From contig CABUAH010000001.1 in NCBI GenBank assembly GCA_902489475.1, positions 25,919 through 89,918 of the forward strand: a stretch of DNA of 64,000 nucleotides. The letters are read 5' to 3'. Shown here one piece after another: positions 57,102-64,000 of the stretch. Position numbers and translations under genes: made by a program. The DNA comes from an uncultured Oscillospiraceae bacterium. GTDB lineage: Bacteria; Bacillota; Clostridia; Oscillospirales; Ruminococcaceae. Below the pieces are notes generated by a model. That model ran no database searches, had not been told where the DNA came from, and was given only the letters and a program-made list of their open reading frames with translations. Position 1 is the first letter of the stretch; every line of letters begins with the position of its first letter.

Positions 57102-58277
57102 TTATCCCTTTTTAAGTTCATCTAAAAATTCTTCGATGCATTTCAAAGCGATTTTCAAGTGTTTTAGTGAGTAAGCATACGAAACTCTTATAAAGCCTTC
57201 ACCGCAGTCACCGAAAGCATTTCCGGGAATTACTGCGACTTTTTTTGAGTACAAAAGCTTTTCACAAAATTCTTCACTTGAAAGTCCCGTGGATTTTATA
57301 CACGGAAATACATAAAACGCCCCTTCAGGAGTAAAGCAGTTAAGCCCAAGCTTGTTAAAGCCGTCAACCACAAATCTTCTTCGCATATCATATTCCGCAA
57401 CCATCATTTTAACGTCGTTCATACAGCTTTGAAGACCCTCTATTGCAGCATACTGAGATACTGTAGGAGATGACATAATAGCGTATTGATGAATTTTTAA
57501 TATCTGAGAAACAATTTCTTCAGGGCCGCATAAATATCCAAGTCGCCAACCTGTCATTGCAAAGCCTTTGGAGAATCCGTTTATTAAAAGCGTTCTTTCT
57601 CTCATTCCGTCAATTTCTACAATAGATGTGTGTTTTTGACCGTATGTAAGCTCTGCGTATATTTCGTCTGACAAAATGACTATATTTGTTTCTCTCAGTA
57701 CTTCAGCAATCTGTTCCAAATCTTCTCTTGTCATAATCGCACCTGTCGGATTATTAGGAAAAGGAAGAATAAGAGCCTTTGTTTTATCAGTGATCTTTTC
57801 CTTAAGAGCGCTTGCTGTGAGTTTAAAATTATCTTCTTGCTTAGTTTCTATGATAGAAACTGTACCGCCGCAAAGCTCAACTATCGGACGGTAACAAACA
57901 AAGGATGGCTCAACAACCAAAACCTCATCGCCCGGCTCTATCATAGCACGAATTGACAAGTCAATAGCTTCCGATCCGCCTACGGTGACAATAATCTCAC
58001 TTTCACTGTTATAGTGTGTATGAACAGCATTTTCTATGTATTTTGAAATTCCGGCTCTCAAATCCGCAAGACCGGCATTTGCGGTATAAAAGGTTTTTCC
58101 CTTTTCAAGAGCTGTAATAGCAGCTCGCCTTATAGGCCAAGGCGTTTGAAAGTCCGGCTCACCAACGCCTAGGGAAATTGCTCCCTCCATCGTAGCGGCA
58201 ATATCAAAAAACTTTCTGATCCCTGAAGGCTTCATCTCACGAGTTGCTTTGTTTAAAATCTTATCGTAATCCATCAT
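57102..58277 (-). CDS. Class I/II PLP-dependent aminotransferase
   Basis: LGVGEPDFQTP...PNNPTGA...NGFSKGFAMTGWRLGY...IRVSYA. Confidence 0.85.
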   Translation of the reverse strand: MMDYDKILNKATREMKPSGIRKFFDIAATMEGAISLGVGEPDFQTPWPIRRAAITALEKGKTFYTANAGLADLRAGISKYIENAVHTHYNSESEIIVTVGGSEAIDLSIRAMIEPGDEVLVVEPSFVCYRPIVELCGGTVSIIETKQEDNFKLTASALKEKITDKTKALILPFPNNPTGAIMTREDLEQIAEVLRETNIVILSDEIYAELTYGQKHTSIVEIDGMRERTLLINGFSKGFAMTGWRLGYLCGPEEIVSQILKIHQYAIMSSPTVSQYAAIEGLQSCMNDVKMMVAEYDMRRRFVVDGFNKLGLNCFTPEGAFYVFPCIKSTGLSSEEFCEKLLYSKKVAVIPGNAFGDCGEGFIRVSYAYSLKHLKIALKCIEEFLDELKKG

Positions 58278-58750
58278 GGGCTGACAAACCCTCTCTCGTC
58301 AACAATTTCATCGCTTAAATCAACGCCGTTGTCTTTATATTTCTTTAAAACAAAATGAGTTGCAGTTGATAAGATTCCGTCAAGCGGAGCAAGTCGCTGA
58401 GACACAAAAAGCGAAACGTCCAAAAGAGTTTTTCCTTTTACGGTAACTCCAAGATCGTATGCGCCCGACATGAGCCATACGTTTTCAACCTCCTCATACT
58501 GTCCGACCGCTCTGGCAATTGCATCAAAACCGCTTTGTGCTTTCGGTGAAACCTTTAGTTCAATGTATGCGGTAACAGGGCTTGAATCAGCCTGTTCGTT
58601 CAGTACTGCGCTGTAGCCTTTGATAACGCCTTCCTGTTCAAGCTTTTCAATTTCTTCGTTAATCTCTTGTTCGGTTTTTCCAAGTAAAACCGCAAGCTCT
58701 GCACTCGGAGTGCGGGCATTTCTTTTTAATAGCTTTAAAAGCGAATCCAT
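58274..58750 (-). CDS. Lrp/AsnC family transcriptional regulator
   Basis: An N-terminal HTH (LLKLLKRNARTPSAELAVLLGKTEQEI) and a C-terminal RAM-like domain. The stop overlaps the aminotransferase start. Confidence 0.85.
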   Translation of the reverse strand: MDSLLKLLKRNARTPSAELAVLLGKTEQEINEEIEKLEQEGVIKGYSAVLNEQADSSPVTAYIELKVSPKAQSGFDAIARAVGQYEEVENVWLMSGAYDLGVTVKGKTLLDVSLFVSQRLAPLDGILSTATHFVLKKYKDNGVDLSDEIVDERGFVSP

Positions 58751-58843
58751 ATTTATGCCTCCTTGAAAATTGTTATTTTAAATTATACAACAATTTGTAT
58801 TTTCCGTCAATAGAAAAGATTCGGGCAGTTATTTTATAGACCA

Positions 58844-58872
58844 AACCGGCACAAGAAAATCTCGTGCCGGTT
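58844..58872 (-). terminator. Hairpin downstream of the XRE gene
   Basis: An aaccggcac/gtgccggtt stem. On the minus strand it is followed by tttgg, which is a weak U tract. Confidence 0.4.
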
Positions 58873-58881
58873 ATTACTTAA

Positions 58882-59097
58882 TTATTCATCAGTCCTATTT
58901 AGGATGTAATCAATTGAAACCCCATGAAAATCTGCAAGTTTAATTAACATTTCTGTGGAAATGTCAACCTTTCCCCGTTCATAATCACTGTAAACTCTTT
59001 GACTGCAATGCAAAACCTGAGCCATTTCAGTCTGAGTCATATCCTTGTATTCACGCAGTTCTCTAATCCGTTTGTACATTTTCATCACCGATAACAT
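58882..59097 (-). CDS. XRE-family helix-turn-helix transcriptional regulator
   Basis: IRELREYKDMTQTEMAQVLHCSQRVYSDYERGKVDISTEMLIKLADFHGVSIDYIL. The exact start is uncertain because there are several in-frame ATGs. Confidence 0.75.
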   Translation of the reverse strand: MLSVMKMYKRIRELREYKDMTQTEMAQVLHCSQRVYSDYERGKVDISTEMLIKLADFHGVSIDYILNRTDE

Positions 59098-59121
59098 TAT
59101 ACCACGTTTAATAGTTAAGAC

Positions 59122-59150
59122 TTGACATTTAGCGGAGAATTCGCTAAAAT
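59122..59150 (+). promoter_or_regulatory. Near-consensus sigma-A promoter with an inverted repeat in its spacer (operator candidate)
   Basis: TTGACA (59122-27), a 17-nt spacer and TAAAAT (59145-50). The spacer holds the inverted repeat TTAGCG-n7-CGCTAA. Confidence 0.55.
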
Positions 59151-59198
59151 AATTTTAAAAATAAAGATTTAACGATGACAGGGACAGGAGTGTTTAAA

Positions 59199-59384
59199 AT
59201 GTTAAAAATACAAAAGGGTTATTAAACTGTCAGTAAAACATTCAGAATGCCGAAGCACTTAGTACAGGGGCTTGATAAATTAGCTTATAGAAACGGAATT
59301 TCACTAAATAACCTAGTGACGCAGTGTTTAAATTTTGCATTGCAGGAAATTAATTCAGAAGATGCAGATGAGATTGATGATTAA
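59199..59384 (+). pseudogene. Ribbon-helix-helix (CopG/Arc-like) protein gene interrupted by an in-frame TAA at codon 9
   Basis: AGGAG lies 8 nt before the ATG at 59199. The translation is MLKIQKGY-stop-TVSKTFRMPKHLVQGLDKLAYRNGISLNNLVTQCLNFALQEINSEDADEIDD. The beta-strand/helix pattern of RHH proteins spans the stop at 59223-25. Confidence 0.5.
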
Positions 59385-59390
59385 ATAAAA

Positions 59391-59417
59391 AACACGGAAT
59401 TATTTATCTTCCGTGTT
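59391..59417. terminator. Hairpin between the convergent RHH remnant and the HPr-like gene
   Basis: A 9-bp stem aacacggaa/ttccgtgtt, flanked by A and T runs. Confidence 0.5.
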
Positions 59418-59425
59418 TCAGTCAA

Positions 59426-59656
59426 TTATTCAACGATGAATCTTTTGATTTCCTTAAGAAATTTATCGGCATCGTCAGTATGAGCAACAAGCTCAATTTT
59501 GTTGGAAAGGTCAAGGCTGAAAATACCCATGATTGACTTAGCGTCAACAGCATATCTTCCCGAAACAAGATCGACATCAAAGTCGTACATAGTTACTGTG
59601 CTAACGAATTCCTTAACATCGGCGATTGACTCGAGTAAAATATTTGTCTTTACCAT
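59426..59656 (-). CDS. HPr-family domain protein lacking the His15 phosphorylation motif
   Basis: 76 aa. DAKSIMGIFSL matches the HPr Ser46 region (KSIMG). No GLHARPA-type His15 loop is present at the N-terminus. Confidence 0.6.
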   Translation of the reverse strand: MVKTNILLESIADVKEFVSTVTMYDFDVDLVSGRYAVDAKSIMGIFSLDLSNKIELVAHTDDADKFLKEIKRFIVE

Positions 59657-59778
59657 AATTAGTTCCTCCTCAAAATAATTAGATTTAAGAAGACCCGTAG
59701 GAATTCTTGCAGAGTTTTCCTCTACACTTACAATATAGCATATAAAATTTTTTTGTCAACACTATTTCTGTAAAAAAA

Positions 59779-59807
59779 TTGAAAAATCCAAAGATTTGTT
59801 GTATACT
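59779..59807 (+). promoter_or_regulatory. Sigma-A promoter upstream of mtaB
   Basis: TTGAAA (59779-84), a 17-nt spacer and TATACT (59802-07). Confidence 0.4.
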
Positions 59808-59901
59808 ATTTAAGAGCTGCATAAATAATGCTAGTGTTTTGTGAATAATGCACAAGTTTAAACAGATGATTTTGTGCAAATAAGTTATTGAGGACTTAAT
59901 A

Positions 59902-61248
59902 ATGAATATTTTATATATGAATTTTGGCTGTAAAGTAAACTCATATGAGCTTGAAGCGATAAAAGAATACGCTGAAAAGCGGGGGCATACTGAAGCTTGC
60001 AATATTGAGTCGGCGGATGCAGTTATAATAAACACCTGTACGGTCACAAGCGAGGCAAGCAGAAAGTGCAAAAATGCCGCAAAGTCAGTAAGACTTCATA
60101 ACCCAAAGTGCTGTATTGCTCTTATCGGATGTCTGACTCAGGTTTTTAACCGGAGAATTTTAAACGAAAGCTTTTTTGATGTTGCGGTTGGGAACAAAAA
60201 TAAATTGTGTGTGATAGATCATATTGAAGAATTTTTAAAGACCGGGGAAAAAATAAATAGTATAGATGAGTTTTCTTCATGCGACAGTTTTGAAAATATA
60301 ACTACTGAGAAAAGCGAGTCTAAAACAAGAGCAGTTTTAAAAATAGAAGACGGCTGTAATATGTTTTGCTCGTATTGTATTATTCCGTATGCAAGAGGAC
60401 GGGTGAGAAGCAAAAGCCTTGAGGATATAAAAAAGGAAGCAAGCGCACTCAGCCTTAACGGACATAGAGAAATTGTGCTTGTCGGAATAAATCTTTGCTG
60501 TTACGGAAGAGATCTTAAATATACTTCGCTGTCAGATGCTGTAAGGGTCGTCAATGATATATCGGGTATTGAAAGAATTCGCTTAGGCTCACTTGAACCC
60601 GAAATGCTTACAGATGAGGAGATAGCAAGTCTTAAAAGCTGTGAAAAGCTTTGCGGACATTTTCATTTGTCGTTGCAAAGCGGATGTGACAAAACTTTAA
60701 AGGCGATGAACAGAAGATACACTGCAAATGATTACAGAGAGCTTGTGAAAAAGCTTAGAGCTGAGTTTGAAAACGCATCGATTACGACAGACATAATGGT
60801 TGGATTTCCCGGTGAAACGGAGGAGGATTTTAAAGAGTCACTTGATTTTGTAAAAGAGATCGGATTTGCGTCTGCCCATGTTTTCCCGTATTCGGTTAGA
60901 GAGGGAACAAGGGCGGAGAAAATGGACGGTCAGCTTCCTCAAAGCATAAAAAAGCAAAGAGCTGCAATTATGCGACAAGCGGTAAAAGAAAGCGAGAAGA
61001 AGTTCTTGAATTCACAGGTTAAAACGCTTTCAAAGGTGATTTTTGAGCGTGATGAAGGGCTTTTATATCATCACGGACACACGGAAAATTATACACCGGT
61101 AAGAGTGCTTAAAAGAAATGATAAAAATAATTTGCATAAAAAAAGTTTTTATGTTAGAATAATGGGAGCAGAGAGTGATTTTTGTGTTGGAGAAATTGAG
61201 GACGAGAGTTTTTTAGCATTACAGACCGAAAATGAATTCTCAAAATAA
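59902..61248 (+). CDS. mtaB: Radical-SAM methylthiotransferase, MtaB-like (tRNA t6A37 methylthiotransferase)
   Basis: NFGCKVNSYELEA...INTCTVT...the radical-SAM cluster EDGCNMFCSYCIIPYARG...GFPGETEEDF...and a TRAM-like C-terminus. Confidence 0.8.
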   Translation: MNILYMNFGCKVNSYELEAIKEYAEKRGHTEACNIESADAVIINTCTVTSEASRKCKNAAKSVRLHNPKCCIALIGCLTQVFNRRILNESFFDVAVGNKNKLCVIDHIEEFLKTGEKINSIDEFSSCDSFENITTEKSESKTRAVLKIEDGCNMFCSYCIIPYARGRVRSKSLEDIKKEASALSLNGHREIVLVGINLCCYGRDLKYTSLSDAVRVVNDISGIERIRLGSLEPEMLTDEEIASLKSCEKLCGHFHLSLQSGCDKTLKAMNRRYTANDYRELVKKLRAEFENASITTDIMVGFPGETEEDFKESLDFVKEIGFASAHVFPYSVREGTRAEKMDGQLPQSIKKQRAAIMRQAVKESEKKFLNSQVKTLSKVIFERDEGLLYHHGHTENYTPVRVLKRNDKNNLHKKSFYVRIMGAESDFCVGEIEDESFLALQTENEFSK

Positions 61249-61292
61249 TTTAAGGAAAAACAAAAGCATATATTTTGAAGGGAGTTTTATAA

Positions 61293-64000
61293 ATGTCAGT
61301 TTATCGAATTTATGCAGAAAAAAAGCCGGGCTTTGACGTTGAGGCAAAGTCGCTTCTAGGCGGTATAAAAAATGTTTTGGGCATTAAAGCGCTTGAAAAT
61401 GTAAGAATTATTAACCGTTATGACGCACAGGGCTTGACGGAGGAGAGCTTTAAGCTTGCCGTACCGGTTGTTTTTTCAGAGCCTGCGGTAGATGTTGTTT
61501 ACAGCGAGCTTCCAAAGCTTTCTGAGGACGAGCATATTATTGCTGTTGAGTATCTTCCGGGTCAGTTTGATCAAAGAGCCGACTCTTGTGCACAATGTAT
61601 ATCTCTTCTTACGGGAGGAATGCGTCCGAATGTCAGAAGTGCAAAAATAAACATCTTTAAGGGCGAGCTTGATAATGACGATCTTGAGAAAATAAAACAT
61701 TATATAATAAACCCTGTTGAGAGCCGAGAAGCAGAGCTTAAAAAGCCTGATACACTTGATACTGATTATGTAATTCCTGATAAAGTTGATACTGTTGAAG
61801 GATTTATATATGCTTCGGATTCTGAGCTAAAGGATTATATCAGCCAGATGGGACTTGCTATGGATTTCGATGACATCAAGTTTTGTCAGGCGTATTTCAG
61901 AGATAACGAGGGCAGAAATCCTACAATAACAGAGGTCAGAATGATAGATACATATTGGTCTGATCACTGCCGTCATACAACATTTTCAACAATTATAGAC
62001 GATACCGAGATAAAAGCACCGTATATTGAAGATACATTTAACGACTATGTAAAAACAAGAAGAAGCCTATATGCAGGAAGAAAAGACAAGCCGATGACGC
62101 TCATGGACTTAGCTGTGATAGGTGCAAAGAGGCTGAAAAAAGAGGGGCTTTTAGATGCTCTTGACGAAAGTGAAGAGATAAACGCTTGCTCGGTAAATAT
62201 CAAAGTTGACGTAAACGGCGAAGAGCAGGACTGGCTTTTGATGTTTAAAAATGAAACTCACAACCACCCTACTGAAATTGAGCCTTTCGGAGGAGCGGCA
62301 ACCTGTCTTGGCGGAGCTATAAGAGATCCGCTCTCAGGAAGAAGCTATGTATACCAGGCGATGAGAGTGACCGGTGCGGCAAATCCTTTAGTGCCTTTTG
62401 AGGATACTATTCAGGGTAAGCTTCCGCAGAGAAAAATCACTGTCGGTGCAGCACAGGGATATTCTTCTTACGGAAACCAGATAGGTCTTGCAACGGGTCA
62501 TGTAAGTGAGATATATCATCCGGGATATGCTGCTAAAAGAATGGAGATAGGTGCGGTAATTGCTGCGGCACCTAAAGAAAATGTAAGAAGAGAACGTCCG
62601 GAGCCGGGAGATGTTGTAATTCTCCTCGGTGGAAAAACGGGACGTGACGGCTGCGGCGGAGCAACGGGTTCTTCAAAATCGCACACTCTTGAATCACTTG
62701 AAACCTGCGGGGCTGAGGTTCAAAAAGGTAACGCTCCTGAGGAAAGAAAGCTTCAGAGGTTGTTTAGAAATCCTGAAGTTACAAAGATGATCAAGCGCTG
62801 TAACGATTTCGGTGCAGGTGGAGTTTCCGTTGCAATCGGAGAGCTTACGGACGGACTTATTATAGACCTTGATTCAGTAACAAAGAAATATGACGGACTT
62901 GACGGAACCGAGCTTGCAATTTCCGAATCTCAGGAGAGAATGGCGGTAGTTATTGCAAGAAGCGATGTTGAGAAATTTATGGCAAAAGCGGCTGAGGAAA
63001 ACCTGGAGGCAACACTCGTTGCGGTAGTGACAGACGACAGCCGTCTTAAGATGAACTGGAAAGGCAATGAGATCGTTAACCTTTCAAGAGAGTTTTTGAA
63101 TTCAAACGGAGCTGAAAAGCATACTACAGTATCCGTGCCTGCTCCGGTATTTAACAATAGCGAGGAAATCGATGATTCCGTTGACAAGTGGGAAGCAATG
63201 ATTTCAAATCTCAATATATGCTCGCAAAAAGGACTTGTAGAATATTTTGACTCAACAATCGGTGCAGGAACAGTTTTAATGCCGTTCGGAGGAAAATATC
63301 AAAACACGCCTACACAGGCGATGGCTGCTAAGATTCCTGTTTTGGGCGGAGATACAACAACTGCTTCCGTAATGGGTTGGGGATTTAATCCGTTCTTGTC
63401 GGAGCAAAGCCCTTATCACGGTGCAATGGCAGCGGTTATAGAATCTGTTGCAAAGGTAGTTGCAACAGGCGGAAGCTATAAGGAGTGCTGGCTTACTTTC
63501 CAGGAGTATTTTGAAAGAACACAGGAAAACCCTGAAAGATGGGGAAAGCCTTTTGCGGCTTTGTTGGGTGCGTTCAAGGCACAAACGGAGCTTGGCTGTG
63601 CTGCAATAGGCGGTAAGGATTCGATGAGCGGAACATTTGAAAAAATAGACGTTCCTCCAACGCTTGTTTCTTTTGCAGTTTCAAAAACCTCTTGCTATAA
63701 CGTCGTTTCTCAGGAGTTTAAAAAGACAGGAAGCAAGGTTATTCTTATCCGTCCTGAATACGATGAAAACAACTGTCCTGTTTGGGAGAGCATAAAGAGT
63801 GTATTTGATAAGGTTGAAGCGCTTATAAAAGAGAAAAAAGTTTTGTCTTGTTGGAGCGTAGCATACGGAGGAGTTTCCGAGGCTATTGCAAAGATGTCGT
63901 TCGGAAATAAGATAGGCTTTAAGTTTACTTCTACGCTTACCCCTAAGGAGCTTTACAGAGCTTGCTACGGAAGCTTTGTAATTGAGCTTGATGAGGGCGT
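61293..64000 (+). CDS. purL: Phosphoribosylformylglycinamidine synthase, large single-chain type; 3' end lies outside the window
   Basis: It is not in the ORF track because it has no stop within the window. ATG 61293: MSVYRIYAEKKPGFDVEAKSLL...TYWSDHCRHTTF...ETHNHPTEIEPFGGAATCLGGAIRD...GGKTGRDGCGGATGSS...NDFGAGGVSVAIGEL. Confidence 0.9.
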   Translation, partial: MSVYRIYAEKKPGFDVEAKSLLGGIKNVLGIKALENVRIINRYDAQGLTEESFKLAVPVVFSEPAVDVVYSELPKLSEDEHIIAVEYLPGQFDQRADSCAQCISLLTGGMRPNVRSAKINIFKGELDNDDLEKIKHYIINPVESREAELKKPDTLDTDYVIPDKVDTVEGFIYASDSELKDYISQMGLAMDFDDIKFCQAYFRDNEGRNPTITEVRMIDTYWSDHCRHTTFSTIIDDTEIKAPYIEDTFNDYVKTRRSLYAGRKDKPMTLMDLAVIGAKRLKKEGLLDALDESEEINACSVNIKVDVNGEEQDWLLMFKNETHNHPTEIEPFGGAATCLGGAIRDPLSGRSYVYQAMRVTGAANPLVPFEDTIQGKLPQRKITVGAAQGYSSYGNQIGLATGHVSEIYHPGYAAKRMEIGAVIAAAPKENVRRERPEPGDVVILLGGKTGRDGCGGATGSSKSHTLESLETCGAEVQKGNAPEERKLQRLFRNPEVTKMIKRCNDFGAGGVSVAIGELTDGLIIDLDSVTKKYDGLDGTELAISESQERMAVVIARSDVEKFMAKAAEENLEATLVAVVTDDSRLKMNWKGNEIVNLSREFLNSNGAEKHTTVSVPAPVFNNSEEIDDSVDKWEAMISNLNICSQKGLVEYFDSTIGAGTVLMPFGGKYQNTPTQAMAAKIPVLGGDTTTASVMGWGFNPFLSEQSPYHGAMAAVIESVAKVVATGGSYKECWLTFQEYFERTQENPERWGKPFAALLGAFKAQTELGCAAIGGKDSMSGTFEKIDVPPTLVSFAVSKTSCYNVVSQEFKKTGSKVILIRPEYDENNCPVWESIKSVFDKVEALIKEKKVLSCWSVAYGGVSEAIAKMSFGNKIGFKFTSTLTPKELYRACYGSFVIELDEG

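Noticed and set aside
59685-60071. A 128-codon minus-strand ORF
   Set aside because: It spans the mtaB promoter region and the mtaB 5' end in antisense. It has no RBS or motifs.
1-64000. CRISPR arrays, transposases or IS elements, integrases, tRNA/rRNA genes and recognisable defence systems
   Set aside because: I looked for direct-repeat/spacer periodicity, DDE or tyrosine-recombinase motifs, and tRNA-like cloverleaf regions in intergenic spaces, and found none. The only repeats are those listed: the Fn3 coding repeats, the heptad tract and the 90-nt pair.

Overview
This looks like a low-GC Firmicutes (Clostridia-like) chromosome segment; spoIIE suggests a spore-former. Bases 1-23.7 kb hold the distal part of a Wzx/Wzy-dependent surface-polysaccharide locus. 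It starts with the C-terminal end of an initiating sugar transferase and a visibly more GC-rich dTDP-rhamnose block (rfbA, rfbB and a fused rfbD-rfbC) that sits behind an fkp-like gene remnant. After that come several glycosyltransferases, a WbsX-like protein, a pyruvyl transferase, a GT61/DUF563 protein, Wzy, Wzx, two kinase-like proteins and an FrhB-like protein. The locus ends in a decayed tail: a frameshifted acyltransferase, an orphan ferredoxin-domain fragment, an orphan membrane protein and a second, divergent rfbB with an aberrant N-terminus. Bases 23.7-64 kb are mostly housekeeping genes. These include a Trp T-box-controlled trpBA pair and a DHHW/PASTA/udp/threonine-aldolase run. Next are nadB, an AI-2E transporter and nadC, then rnj, gdpP-rplI-dnaB, tilS, ftsH, metA and spoIIE. 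The rest is glgBCDA, a CHAP-like protein with three Fn3 repeats, ispE, an aminotransferase with an Lrp regulator, a small XRE/RHH module, an HPr-like protein, mtaB and the 5' part of a large purL. I saw no tRNA or rRNA genes, CRISPR arrays, transposases or recognisable defence system. The most interesting signals are a G7 tract that frameshifts an O-acetyltransferase (G8 would restore it), a split and permuted Fd/FrhB gene around a decayed acyltransferase, the rfbD-rfbC fusion, a duplicated ~90-nt three-hairpin element in the nadB upstream region, a 7-nt periodic tract between rnj and gdpP, and an RHH gene behind a near-consensus promoter but stopped by an in-frame TAA. All product calls rest on motif recognition by eye; no database search was run.
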